Below are positions 38,407 through 48,631 of a stretch of 64,000 nucleotides of DNA, piece by piece. Source of the DNA: an uncultured Planctomycetia bacterium (lineage in GTDB: Bacteria; Omnitrophota; Gorgyraeia; Duberdicusellales; 4484-171); the NCBI GenBank assembly GCA_964536865.1, contig CAZHYN010000002.1, positions 64,608 to 128,607 of the forward strand, in the 5' to 3' direction. Numbering within the stretch: position 1 is the stretch's first letter; each line of letters begins with the position of its first letter. Position numbers and translations under genes: made by a program. Under the pieces are notes generated by a model. It did no database searches. It was not told the DNA's origin and was given only the letters and a program-made list of their open reading frames with translations.

Positions 38407-40215
38407 TTAAAGAAGCACCTCTTTTGCTTTCTGTAGTTGAGAGTAATTATACTCCCATAAACTTTTCTGAGGAGCTTGAAAAGTAAAATTATTGTAAGGA
38501 AAAACTAAAAAGTTTAGAAAATCATCCTTTAAAGAATTCAAAAAATTTAGATGACGGGATCTCATCTTCTCCAGAAGAACACTCACTGTAAGTTTACCTA
38601 TACTAAGGCTCTCAGAAATCATGGAAACACTATCGCTAGAGACAAAAACAATCTCACTTAAAGAAACAAACGTTTCCATTATAAAAGGATAATTTTTTTC
38701 TCTAACTACTATTAAAGACTCTAAATTAGGAAAGTTAGCTAAACTCTCTCTAATTATCTTCTCTACAGAAAGAGAAGTACGTCTTGAAGTAGAAACAAGT
38801 AGTTTATAGCCTTCAGTAAAGGAGAACTCTTTTAACCTACTCAGAAAAATTTTCAAATTCTCACAGAACTCCTCCTCTCTATGAAGAAAATTTCCTAAGA
38901 ACAAAGAAATTTTCTTACACTCTCCTAAATTAAGAAATCTTTTGCCTTCCTCCACTTTTTTTTGAAGATCCTTAAAATGCGTTAATGCTCCTTTTATCTG
39001 CACTACATTCTTTCCTCTAACTCCATCATGATGAGGGACTATAACTAAATCGAATTTAGAAAGAGCTACATTGGGTTTTAAAATGCAACATGACTTTGCT
39101 CCTAAACTTTTAGAATAAATAGCACATACCGGAGCACACAAAGAACCAGCACTCACTACTAAATCAAAAAAATTCTTCGACATAAACTCAGCAGTGTAGG
39201 AATCAAGAAAAAGTTTTAGACATCTACCACATCCTAAGCAATTCTTTGTTGAGAAAAAAGCAAAAATTTCTGCTAATAATCTGGCAAATCTATTTTTGTA
39301 ATTTATCTCCAATATATCTTTTTCTATAGAATAAGGAAGCTCCTCAAGCACATCTACCAAACTTAAAGACTGCTTAAGGTGACCGACCTTCCCATCGGTA
39401 AGAATGAGAATTCTCCTCTTCTTTTTTCTCTTAAACCTTTTATACCACCAAAGATAGGACCAAGGGTAAGAAGTTAAGAAATCTTCAAAAACTTCGTTTA
39501 TTTCTCTTAATATTTCTCTACTCTCCCTTCCTTCACAATCTATAGGCTTCTCTATAATTCCTATATGATAGTTACCTTCTCTATATCCAAAAGCAGGATA
39601 AATTTTTCTTCCAAATTTCTTAGCTAAATACACTGCCCCCCCAGGAGTAGGAACAGGGATATTAAAAAAATCTACAATCTCAGAATTTTTCTCTGCTCCA
39701 TGATCCGCTACCATCCCTACCCACCAGTTTTTTTTAAGTAGTTTTACAACTTCTTTTAAAGAAGTGCATATCTTTAAACTACTCTTCTCTCTAAGTTCAT
39801 TTAAAAATTTATTCATAGCAGGGTTTCTCTGCTCTCTAACAAAGATAGCGTATTTAAACCTGTCTGCTAAACAACTATTATAAAGCTCCCAACTCCCCTC
39901 ATGGATGCCTACTAAAATATTTCCCCAAGGAGGCAAAGCTTCTCGGAATTGAATGCGAACTCTATTTTTTAATCTATCTACGATAAGTGTTTCTATAAAA
40001 CTTATCCCAAAAGAGATAAAACTCTTTCTGATGATGGAAAATATAGACTTATTAGTTTTTTTAGGAAATACTTGCTTTAAGTTTATAAAGGCAATTCTCT
40101 TTTTTTTCTTATCAAAGTAGTAAAATCCTAACCCTACTACTTTCCCTAAGGCCAAAGAAAGAGATAGAGGTAATAATCTAACCAACCTATAGACTAACCT
40201 TATCAGTAAGTACAT
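38407..40215 (-). CDS. Lipid A biosynthesis (LpxL/HtrB-like) acyltransferase fused to an ELM1-family domain
   Basis: N-terminal LpxL-like region with HEGSWE. C-terminal ILILTDGKVGHLKQSLSLVDVL matches the ELM1-family N-terminus. Confidence 0.6.
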   Translation of the reverse strand: MYLLIRLVYRLVRLLPLSLSLALGKVVGLGFYYFDKKKKRIAFINLKQVFPKKTNKSIFSIIRKSFISFGISFIETLIVDRLKNRVRIQFREALPPWGNILVGIHEGSWELYNSCLADRFKYAIFVREQRNPAMNKFLNELREKSSLKICTSLKEVVKLLKKNWWVGMVADHGAEKNSEIVDFFNIPVPTPGGAVYLAKKFGRKIYPAFGYREGNYHIGIIEKPIDCEGRESREILREINEVFEDFLTSYPWSYLWWYKRFKRKKKRRILILTDGKVGHLKQSLSLVDVLEELPYSIEKDILEINYKNRFARLLAEIFAFFSTKNCLGCGRCLKLFLDSYTAEFMSKNFFDLVVSAGSLCAPVCAIYSKSLGAKSCCILKPNVALSKFDLVIVPHHDGVRGKNVVQIKGALTHFKDLQKKVEEGKRFLNLGECKKISLFLGNFLHREEEFCENLKIFLSRLKEFSFTEGYKLLVSTSRRTSLSVEKIIRESLANFPNLESLIVVREKNYPFIMETFVSLSEIVFVSSDSVSMISESLSIGKLTVSVLLEKMRSRHLNFLNSLKDDFLNFLVFPYNNFTFQAPQKSLWEYNYSQLQKAKEVLL

Positions 40216-41218
40216 CTTCTATATACCTTAAGAATTTGCCCTCCTCCAAGATTTTTAACTCTACCCAGAAGATAAAGTAGTTAAGATTTGCTCTTGTGAA
40301 ATCTAAATGGTAGTAATCTTTATAAGTAATTATTATATCTTCTATCCCTTCTTTTATGAAGGATTCTTCAAGAAGAGCAATCTCCTCAGGGCTAAAACAG
40401 TAGTGGTCAGGAAAAATTTCTACCTTCCCTATCCAGAGCTTCCTATTTGTAAGCTTCTCCAAAAATCCTTGAGGATATCCGGTAGCAGTCAAGACACCCA
40501 GCTTTCTACCTCTAAAGTAATCTAAACTAATCAATTTTTTATCTTTATCTAAAAATCCCTTAAATACATAATCAGCAAAAAAAACTTTTAGTTTGCTATT
40601 TACCCTTAACACCTTCTCCCTATAAGAATCACAAAGTTTAGCTCCACTATAGGTAATAACCACTATATCTGCCCTCCTTAAAGAAGTTAGAGATTCACGA
40701 AAATAGGAAGCCGGCAAAAGGTATTTACTTCTTGCCAGCTCATCTTTTCTTATAACAACGATATCCAAATCCCGGTCTAACCTTCTGTATTGAAAAGCGT
40801 CATCAAGAATAAAGAGATCGAAATTATTAGCAAGTCTCCTAATAAGACTGATTCTGTTTTTACCATCAAAAACCTTTTTTAAGTTATCTTTAAGAAGACG
40901 ATATTCATCCTCAGCATATCCTTTAGTAATTACAGCTACCCTAAATTTAGAGGCTAGCTTGCGGAAAAGATAAATTGCCAAAGAGGTCTTGCCTGACCCT
41001 CCCCAACAGATGTTCCCTATGCTAATTACTTTTTTATTTAAGCGATAAACCTTAAGAATACGTTTATCGTAAAGAAAGTTCCTCAAACTCACTATCATAC
41101 CAAAAAGATAAGAACTAATTAACAGAAAGAAAAAAAGAATATTTTCTAACCAATTCTTTTTCTCTTTCTCCAGAAAAGTTAAGTACCACCTTTTTATACC
41201 TAAAGAATAAGAGTTCAT
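40187..41218 (-). CDS. lpxK: Tetraacyldisaccharide 4'-kinase
   Basis: GNICWGGSGKTSL P-loop; FPDHY motif. Confidence 0.8.
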   Translation of the reverse strand: MNSYSLGIKRWYLTFLEKEKKNWLENILFFFLLISSYLFGMIVSLRNFLYDKRILKVYRLNKKVISIGNICWGGSGKTSLAIYLFRKLASKFRVAVITKGYAEDEYRLLKDNLKKVFDGKNRISLIRRLANNFDLFILDDAFQYRRLDRDLDIVVIRKDELARSKYLLPASYFRESLTSLRRADIVVITYSGAKLCDSYREKVLRVNSKLKVFFADYVFKGFLDKDKKLISLDYFRGRKLGVLTATGYPQGFLEKLTNRKLWIGKVEIFPDHYCFSPEEIALLEESFIKEGIEDIIITYKDYYHLDFTRANLNYFIFWVELKILEEGKFLRYIEDVLTDKVSL

Positions 41219-42495
41219 AAGTAGGTGCTGATAATATCTATATTCCTTTTTAATATAGCTTCCCCTTCTTCAAATACTCGAGAAGCTCTCAAAGAAAGTT
41301 CCTCTCTTGCTCCAGAATCACTAATTAACTTCTCTAAAATTTCCCTTAATTCCTTTTTGTCTTTAACTTTTATTCCTGCTTTCTTCTCTAATACTACTTC
41401 TTCAATTTCTTTAAAGTTTTCCATATAGGGACCAAAGAGGGTGGGTCTCAAAAAATACAGAGGCTCTAAAATATTATGTCCCCCAAATTTTACCCAACTG
41501 CCTCCCACCAGACATATATCGGCTAAGCTATAGAAGTAGAATAGTTCTCCTATAGTATCTAAAATATAAATACTTGGTGGCTGAAGATTTCCCCATCCCC
41601 CTCTGGTTACTCTCTGAGGCAGAAATCCCTTTGACTCTATCGTCTTCTCCAGCAAAGGTATTCTCTGTAAGTGCCTAGGTCCAATGAGCAACTTTAGATT
41701 GGGAAATTTTTCTAGCAGCTGTTGGTAAACTTCTATAATCATTTCTTCCTCCCCCGGATGGGTGCTACCCGCTACTAAAAGCATCTCCCCTTTCTTCTTT
41801 AGCTTGCTATACTTTAGATAGAAGTCATCTAAATCTTTTTTCTCAGCATATAAACTGGCTAATTTTAAATTTCCTACAACAGAAACTTTCTCTTCTTCCA
41901 TCCCTAAAGACAAAAACCTCTCTCGAGAAATATTATCCTTAACTCCTACATAATCTATCAATGAAAAAATCTTCTTCATAAAAAACTTAACTTTCTTATA
42001 GTAAGAGAAAGCTTTCTCAGAAATTCTTCCATTAATAATTAATATCTTAGTTCCCCTTCTTTTTAAATGATAGTAAAGATTAGGCCAAATCTCTGTCTCC
42101 ACAGCAATAAAGATTTTGGGCTTAAATAAGTTGAGTGCTCTTAAGAGCGAGAAGGTAAAATCAAAGGGGAAATAAACTACAGCAAGATTAGGGTAAAATT
42201 TTTTAGCTACTCTCTTCCCTGTCAAAGTAGTTGTGGTAATAAGAATTGTGTAGTTTTTTAACCCTAATTCTTTAATTAATCTCCGCACAAGTAAAACCTC
42301 TCCTACACTTACAGCTTGAATCCAGATGGAAGCACCAGTTTGAGCAAATAGGCTCCTTATCTGGCTTGAGTAAAAGGTAAATTTCTCCAACAAACCTTCC
42401 CAGTCAACTTTCTTTTTATAAATATAGGGAAAGAGATTGACAACTAATCCTACCAGAAGAAGAATCTCGTAAACTGCAACTAAAAATACCATCAT
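41215..42495 (-). CDS. waaA: 3-deoxy-D-manno-octulosonic acid (Kdo) transferase
   Basis: WIQAVSVGEVLLV signature; N-terminal TM anchor. Confidence 0.85.
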   Translation of the reverse strand: MMVFLVAVYEILLLVGLVVNLFPYIYKKKVDWEGLLEKFTFYSSQIRSLFAQTGASIWIQAVSVGEVLLVRRLIKELGLKNYTILITTTTLTGKRVAKKFYPNLAVVYFPFDFTFSLLRALNLFKPKIFIAVETEIWPNLYYHLKRRGTKILIINGRISEKAFSYYKKVKFFMKKIFSLIDYVGVKDNISRERFLSLGMEEEKVSVVGNLKLASLYAEKKDLDDFYLKYSKLKKKGEMLLVAGSTHPGEEEMIIEVYQQLLEKFPNLKLLIGPRHLQRIPLLEKTIESKGFLPQRVTRGGWGNLQPPSIYILDTIGELFYFYSLADICLVGGSWVKFGGHNILEPLYFLRPTLFGPYMENFKEIEEVVLEKKAGIKVKDKKELREILEKLISDSGAREELSLRASRVFEEGEAILKRNIDIISTYL

Positions 42496-43373
42496 GCTCT
42501 GGGATGTGCTCTTTGATAAACTTTTTTCAAACTTTCAATAGAAAGGTGGGTATATACCTGAGTGGTAGAGATACTCGCGTGCCCTAAGAGTTCCTGAACA
42601 CTTCGTAAGTCCGCTCCTCGATTCAAAAGATGAGTAGCAAATGAGTGTCTAAAGGTATGGGGAGAAACTTTTAAACTTAAAGCGGCTTTTCTTATATACC
42701 TATCTACTATCAATCTAAATGCTCTCTCACTAAGCTTAGTCCCTCTTCTATTTATAAAAAGGTAAGGATTGCTGTCTTTGCGCGACTTAAGGTAGTTTCT
42801 TATTGCTAAGATAGCTGGTTCTCCCAAAGGAAGAAGACGTTCTTTTCTCCCTTTTCCTTTTACCTTGACAATCCCTCCTAATAAGTCTACATCCTCTATT
42901 TTAAGAGAAGCTGCTTCAGAAACTCTTGCTCCGGTGGAGTAAAGAAATTCCAGAATTGCTTTATCCCTCAAACTGATGAAGGTATCTCCTCCTGGCATAT
43001 TTAAGATTTTTGCTACTTCCTCCTCAGTAAGAAACTTTGGGAGTGGCTTTTCTAACTTAGGATAAATTAGGGCAGTTGCAGGATTACTTTTTATAATTCC
43101 TTCTCTATAGAGAAATTTGAAGAAACTCTTCAAAGTAGAGATTTTCCTCGAGATACTTCTCCTACTAAGGTCTCTGGTAGCTAAATTGCCTAAAAATTTT
43201 CTTAGAGTAAAGTAATCTATCTCTTTTATATCTCTATTCTGGCAATGTTTCTGTAAGAAATCTCCAAACTCCTGGAGATCACGGAGATAATTAGAAATAG
43301 TATGATGAGAATAATTCCTCTCCATTTTCAAGTAAGAGATAAACTTATTAAGGTAATAAGAAAATAGATTCAT
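42492..43373 (-). CDS. xerC: Tyrosine recombinase XerC/XerD
   Basis: HTFRHSFATHLL...LGHASISTTQVYTHL catalytic box. Confidence 0.85.
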   Translation of the reverse strand: MNLFSYYLNKFISYLKMERNYSHHTISNYLRDLQEFGDFLQKHCQNRDIKEIDYFTLRKFLGNLATRDLSRRSISRKISTLKSFFKFLYREGIIKSNPATALIYPKLEKPLPKFLTEEEVAKILNMPGGDTFISLRDKAILEFLYSTGARVSEAASLKIEDVDLLGGIVKVKGKGRKERLLPLGEPAILAIRNYLKSRKDSNPYLFINRRGTKLSERAFRLIVDRYIRKAALSLKVSPHTFRHSFATHLLNRGADLRSVQELLGHASISTTQVYTHLSIESLKKVYQRAHPRA

Positions 43374-43374
43374 A

Positions 43375-45315
43375 TTAACTTTGAGGCAACCTTTTTGTAG
43401 TATACCTACATTTGGGAAATCGTGAGCATCCGTAAAAGAAATAACCTTTTTTATTCCTTCTCTCTATAAGAACTCCCTCTTTACATTCTGGACAACTTAC
43501 TCCTGTATCTATACTTTTAGCATACTTGCATTGGGGAAATCGAGAGCAACTTAAGAATTTACCCCTTCTTGACCATTTTACCACAAGAAAGCTTCCACAT
43601 TTAGGACATCTTTCTTTAGTAACCTCCTGATGCTTTTTTATTGCCTGAGTAGCCTTTACTACCCTATCTCTAAATGAAGGATAAAATTCTTCTAAGATTC
43701 TTATCCCTTCTAACTTTCCTTCTTCCACTGCATCAAGCTTCTCCTCCATCTTAGCAGTAAAACTCTCATCCATAATTTCAGGGAAATACTCCATAAGTAA
43801 ATCACATACTTTAATCCCCAACTCCCGAGGAACAAAATACCCTCTCTCTCTCCTGATATAATTCCTTTTAATTAAAGTAGAAATTGTAGGAGCGTAGGTA
43901 GAAGGTCTACCAATACCTTTTTCTTCCAGGAGCTTTACTAAAGAAGCATCGGTAAATCTAGCAGGAGGTTTGGTCTTATGTTCCACTACTCTACAATCGG
44001 ACAAAATAAGCTGCTCTTCCTCTCTTAAAGGAGGAAGAATGGCCTCTTCATCTCTTCCTGTAACTTTTTGATAGCCATCGAATATTATCTTTTTCCCTTC
44101 CAATAAAAACTCTGCTTTACCATCTTGAGAAGTTATCTCTACCTTAGTAGTTCTAAGTATTGCTTCCTTCATAAAGGAAGCTAGGAACCTCTGCCATATA
44201 AGTTCATATAGTTTCCCTAAATCAAGAGAAACGTACTTCTTTAACTCCTCAGGAGTTAAAGAAACATCTGTAGGCCTTATTGCTTCGTGAGCGCCTTGGG
44301 TTTGTTTTCTCTCCTTATACTTCCGCTCCTTAAGAAATAGATAATCTGAACCATAAACTTTTCTAATGTAATCTCTTACCTCTCTCTTTGCCTTCTCTGA
44401 AACAGTGTAAGAATCAGTTCTCATATAGGTAATGACTCCTACCATCTTATCAGCAATTTCCACTCCTTCGTATAACTTCTGAGCTAAAATCATAGTCTTT
44501 TGGGAAGAAAACCTAAATTTGTTAAATGCCTCCTGCTGCAGAGAAGAAGTAATAAAAGGAGGAGGGGGTCTCTTTCTATAATCTCTTTCTTTAATACTTC
44601 TTACAAAAAAATTCTTACCTTTTATCTCTTCTATTACTTCTTTGGCTTCCTCTTTTTTAGAGAAAGGAGCCTTCTTAGTCCCAAATCTCATAAGCTTTGA
44701 TTTAAAACTCTTGCCCTCTATAGTAAAATTACCTTCTACTCCGTAACTAAACTGAGGAGTAAAACTTTCAATTTCCCTTTCTCTCTCTACAATAAACTTT
44801 AAAGCTACCGATTGAACTCTCCCTGCAGAAAGTCCTCTTACAATCTTCTTCCAAAGAAGAGGAGAAAGAAAGTAACCTACGATTCTATCTAAAATTCTTC
44901 TTGCCTTCTGAGCATTAACTTTATTCATATCTATATCTTGAGGAGAGGTGAAAGCCTCCTTTATCGCATCCTCAGTTATCTCATGAAATATTACTCTAAG
45001 AAAGGCCTTACCGTATCTAGCTAATTTATTCTTTATATGCCATCCAATAGCTTCTCCTTCTCTATCCGGGTCTGTAGCTAAGTAGATAGCTTCTTTGCCC
45101 TTAGCTTTTTCCCTTAAAAGTTTAATGATTTTCTCTTTCCCCGGAATAGTTCTATAATAAGGAAGAAAACCTTTTTTTATACTCACCCCTAAACTGTTAG
45201 GAGGTAAATCTACTACATGCCCCATAGAGGAAGTTACCTCAAAATCTTTTCCCAAAATTTTAGAAATAGTTTTAGCCTTAGTAGGAGATTCTACAACAAC
45301 CAAATACCTACCCAT
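43375..45315 (-). CDS. topA: DNA topoisomerase I with C-terminal zinc ribbons
   Basis: TOPRIM start MGRYLVVVESPTKAK; multiple CxxC ribbons at the C-terminus. Confidence 0.9.
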   Translation of the reverse strand: MGRYLVVVESPTKAKTISKILGKDFEVTSSMGHVVDLPPNSLGVSIKKGFLPYYRTIPGKEKIIKLLREKAKGKEAIYLATDPDREGEAIGWHIKNKLARYGKAFLRVIFHEITEDAIKEAFTSPQDIDMNKVNAQKARRILDRIVGYFLSPLLWKKIVRGLSAGRVQSVALKFIVEREREIESFTPQFSYGVEGNFTIEGKSFKSKLMRFGTKKAPFSKKEEAKEVIEEIKGKNFFVRSIKERDYRKRPPPPFITSSLQQEAFNKFRFSSQKTMILAQKLYEGVEIADKMVGVITYMRTDSYTVSEKAKREVRDYIRKVYGSDYLFLKERKYKERKQTQGAHEAIRPTDVSLTPEELKKYVSLDLGKLYELIWQRFLASFMKEAILRTTKVEITSQDGKAEFLLEGKKIIFDGYQKVTGRDEEAILPPLREEEQLILSDCRVVEHKTKPPARFTDASLVKLLEEKGIGRPSTYAPTISTLIKRNYIRRERGYFVPRELGIKVCDLLMEYFPEIMDESFTAKMEEKLDAVEEGKLEGIRILEEFYPSFRDRVVKATQAIKKHQEVTKERCPKCGSFLVVKWSRRGKFLSCSRFPQCKYAKSIDTGVSCPECKEGVLIERRNKKGYFFYGCSRFPKCRYTTKRLPQS

Positions 45316-45316
45316 A

Positions 45317-46399
45317 CTAAAGATTTACGGTTCTTACAAAATGTAAAGGAGTTCTTTCCTTTATTAATCCCTTTAGGCGCAAACTGACCACAGTCTTGTT
45401 TACCATATCAAAACTTAAGCCAGTCTTTAAAATAAGTTCCTCTAAGTGAGTTCCTTTTTCTGAAATAGCTTCTAACGTCCTTCTCTCCTGAGGAGAAAGA
45501 GATAATCCCCTTTTGCCTTTGTGAGCTTCTATCTCTATATCTAAGTTTAGTTCTTCTAAGATATCTTCTATACCCTCCACTAACTTTGCTCCTTCTCTTA
45601 TAAGAAAATTAGTCCCTTTACTCAAAGGAGAATTAGCCTGCCCGGGAAGAGCAAAGACCTCACGATTCTGTTCACAGGCGTAGCGAGCAGTAATTAAAGC
45701 CCCGCTCTTAGCAGAGGCTTCAACTACCAGTACCCCCTTAGAAAGTCCACTTATTATCCTATTACGCCGGGGAAAATTCTCTCTTAACGGTGGCTCAAAG
45801 AGAGAGAATTCACTAACTAAAGCTCCTTCTTCTGAAATCTTGTAAGCTAACTTCCTGTTCTCTTTAGGATAGAGATTAAGAAGACCACTTCCTAATACAG
45901 CAACCGTTTTCCCTCCTCTTAAGGCAGATCTGTGAACCTGAGTATCTATTCCTCGAGCTAAACCAGAAACAACTACTATCCCTAAAGAGGCGAGACCAAA
46001 AGAAAACCTTTCTGCCATACTCAAACCGTAAACAGTAGGTATCCTACTTCCTACAATAGCAAAACATATTTGACTTAATACCTCTCTTTCTCCTTTAACG
46101 TAGAGGACAGGGGGAGCAAAAACTATCTCTTTAAGAAGAGGGGGATAATCTTGAGAAAAAATATCTATAATCTCTATCCCTTCTTTTTCTGCAATCTCTA
46201 ATTCCTTCTCTATCTGGAATGAGTTCTTTACTGAGAAAAACTTTTCTATCTCATAATCTTTAAAGTGTAGCTTCTCTCTTAGAGATCCGCTACCCATTTT
46301 TAGAATTTCATCAGGGTCAGCAAAAATAGAAACTGCTCTTTGAATCTTTTGAGGCGATATCTTTATGTGATTAAGCAGAAGGAGTGATTTTTTTATCAT
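45317..46399 (-). CDS. dprA: DNA processing protein DprA (Smf)
   Basis: VVSGLARGIDTQVH Rossmann core. Confidence 0.85.
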   Translation of the reverse strand: MIKKSLLLLNHIKISPQKIQRAVSIFADPDEILKMGSGSLREKLHFKDYEIEKFFSVKNSFQIEKELEIAEKEGIEIIDIFSQDYPPLLKEIVFAPPVLYVKGEREVLSQICFAIVGSRIPTVYGLSMAERFSFGLASLGIVVVSGLARGIDTQVHRSALRGGKTVAVLGSGLLNLYPKENRKLAYKISEEGALVSEFSLFEPPLRENFPRRNRIISGLSKGVLVVEASAKSGALITARYACEQNREVFALPGQANSPLSKGTNFLIREGAKLVEGIEDILEELNLDIEIEAHKGKRGLSLSPQERRTLEAISEKGTHLEELILKTGLSFDMVNKTVVSLRLKGLIKERTPLHFVRTVNL

Positions 46400-46901
46400 C
46401 TTTTAGAATCTCCATAATCTTATCCACCACTTGAGAGGGATTTAAACCAGAAGTATCTACTCTTAAGGGAACCTGGTGATAAAAAGGAGAACGATAAGCA
46501 AGAAGCTCCTCTATCTTTTTCTTAGGGTCAGCTACATTGAGAAGAGGACGATGCGTGTAACTTTTCGTCCTTTCATAGATTACCTCAACACTGGCTTCAA
46601 GACATACAGGTATTCCTGTAGCTTTAAGAATTTGTAAATTCTCTCTATCGATTACTATCCCTCCTCCACAGCTTACCACTAAATTTTTTCTCTCAGCAAT
46701 TTCTTTTAAAACTTCTTTTTCAACTTTTCTAAAATAACTCTCTCCATATAAGGAAAATATGTCTACAATTTTTTTGTTCTCTTTCTTTTCTATCTCTTCA
46801 TCCATCTCTATAAATTCTCTATTTAGCCTTTTAGCTAAAAGCTTACCCACAGTGGTTTTGCCTGTTCCCATAAATCCTACGATATATATGTTCTTATCCA
46901 T
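46371..46901 (-). CDS. aroK: Shikimate kinase
   Basis: IYIVGFMGTGKTTVGKLLA P-loop. Confidence 0.85.
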   Translation of the reverse strand: MDKNIYIVGFMGTGKTTVGKLLAKRLNREFIEMDEEIEKKENKKIVDIFSLYGESYFRKVEKEVLKEIAERKNLVVSCGGGIVIDRENLQILKATGIPVCLEASVEVIYERTKSYTHRPLLNVADPKKKIEELLAYRSPFYHQVPLRVDTSGLNPSQVVDKIMEILKDDKKITPSA

Positions 46902-46943
46902 TTTCTCAAAATTTATACTACAAATGGCGATTTGTCAACTCTT

Positions 46944-47022
46944 AAGTAAAACCCGAACCACGGGCTTACCCTCGCCCTTTCAAGGAAAGGGCGAGGTGGC
47001 TTTCTGTGGTTCGGGGTAAATA
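46944..47022. repeat. GC-rich nested palindrome: outer stem CCCGAACCAC/GTGGTTCGGG around inner CCTCGCCCTTTC-aag-GAAAGGGCGAGG; copy B of the family also seen at 32237-32297
   Basis: Shares the CGCCCTTTC...GAAAGGGCG core and TTTACCCCG / GTTCGGG flanks with copy A. Confidence 0.6.
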
Positions 47023-47091
47023 CTTCAATATATATTTTACTTGAAGAGAGAGTAAAGAGATGATAAGATTGAGAAGAAAGGGAGGAGGATT

Positions 47092-47715
47092 ATGAAAGAC
47101 GAAATGGATATCTTAAAAGAAGTAGGAAACACCGCTGCTGCTCATGGTAGTATTGCTCTCTCAGAAATCTTAGGGAAAAAAATCAAACTTCATCTTCCTG
47201 TTGTAGACATAATTCCTTGCAAGAATATAGGAAAAGCAATGCCTCAGGAAGGAATGAGTATAACTCTACAAACTCAACTCTTAAGTGGTTTAGATGGGAA
47301 AGTTGTTTTTATTTTGGAGGAAAAGCAAGCCTACAAACTTATCGATATATGCTATACAGGGGGAGAGATCAAAAAAACTGGAATATTTACGGAAATGGGA
47401 ATGAGTCTAATAAAAGAAGTAGGAAATGTAGTTATTGCTAGTTACATAAGTGCTTTAGGGTTCTTTCTAAGAAAATTAATTGTTCCCTCTCTACCTATAC
47501 TTATAAATGCTCCACTCCAAGAGATTATAAAACTTGTAGTTGCCGGTTACGGGGAACATGACTACGTATTGGTAGTAGAGAGTATCTTTGAAGAGTCAGA
47601 AACTAAAATAAAAGGGACTTTCTGGCTCCTTCTTGCTCCTGATTCTGTAAAGCAGATAAAGGAAGCTTGTAAGAAGCTGTTAGAAGAAGTAGGTAAAAAT
47701 GATGGAGGAAACTAG
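47092..47715 (+). CDS. CheC-like chemotaxis phosphatase (two CheC repeats)
   Basis: DILKEVGNTAAAHGSIALSEILG and a second LIKEVGNVVIASYISALG repeat. Confidence 0.65.
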   Translation: MKDEMDILKEVGNTAAAHGSIALSEILGKKIKLHLPVVDIIPCKNIGKAMPQEGMSITLQTQLLSGLDGKVVFILEEKQAYKLIDICYTGGEIKKTGIFTEMGMSLIKEVGNVVIASYISALGFFLRKLIVPSLPILINAPLQEIIKLVVAGYGEHDYVLVVESIFEESETKIKGTFWLLLAPDSVKQIKEACKKLLEEVGKNDGGN

Positions 47716-48631
47716 TAACATCTTAATCTTTACTCCGGATTCCGAACTAAAGGAGTATATCCAAAAACTTATCAAAGGAGAAGGTTATGAGGTGGATGAA
47801 GTCAATCAATTAGAGATGCTTCAGGAGAAGCTATCTCAAGAGAAAGTGGGACTTCTTCTCATTGATTCCATGGGAAGCAGTACCATAGATATATGTAAAA
47901 AAGTAAGATCTGATTTTACGTTACGCCATATTCCTATAATTGTAATAGTGGAAAAGGAAAGTACTATAGAAAAGATAAAAGTTATTTATGCGGGAGCTGA
48001 CGACTATGTAGAAAAACCTATTAATGCAGGAGAGTTGCTTATACGGATAAAAGCAAACCTTTGGCGAGCTAACCGTGACTTAGATGCCAATCCTTTAACC
48101 AAACTTCCTGGTAATGTTTCTATATTTAGGGAGTTAGAAAAGAGACTAAGAAACAAAGAATTTTTCTGTGTAGGATATGCGGATTTAGATAAGTTTAAAG
48201 AATACAACGACTACTATGGATTTGAGTGGGGAGACAAAGTAATAAAACATACAGCTAAAATTTTAACTAATGCTCTAAAAGAAGCAGGTTCACCCAACGA
48301 TTTTCTTGGACATATAGGAGGTGACGATTTCATCTTTATTACCGGCTGGGAAAGTATTAATAATGTATGCGAAAATATCATAGAGAACTTCGATAAAACT
48401 ATTCCTTCCTTCTATAAAGAGGAAGATTTAAAAAAGAGATATATTATTGTAAAAAACCGTTTAGGGAAAGTAACTTCTGTCCCTATACTCACAATCTCCA
48501 TTGGAGTAGCTACTAATGAAAAGAGATCTTTAGCTCACGTGGGTCAAATAATTCAAATAGCTACGGAATTAAAAACCTACGCTAAAACTTTTTCTAAGAG
48601 CTTGTATATAATCGATCGTCGAAGAGGTTAA
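47699..48631 (+). CDS. Response regulator with receiver + GGDEF diguanylate cyclase domain (GGDDF variant, no RxxD I-site)
   Basis: Receiver LLLIDSMGS...; GGDEF body ...[13 protein letters not shown]...[10 protein letters not shown]...TISIGVA. Confidence 0.75.
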   Translation: MMEETSNILIFTPDSELKEYIQKLIKGEGYEVDEVNQLEMLQEKLSQEKVGLLLIDSMGSSTIDICKKVRSDFTLRHIPIIVIVEKESTIEKIKVIYAGADDYVEKPINAGELLIRIKANLWRANRDLDANPLTKLPGNVSIFRELEKRLRNKEFFCVGYADLDKFKEYNDYYGFEWGDKVIKHTAKILTNALKEAGSPNDFLGHIGGDDFIFITGWESINNVCENIIENFDKTIPSFYKEEDLKKRYIIVKNRLGKVTSVPILTISIGVATNEKRSLAHVGQIIQIATELKTYAKTFSKSLYIIDRRRG

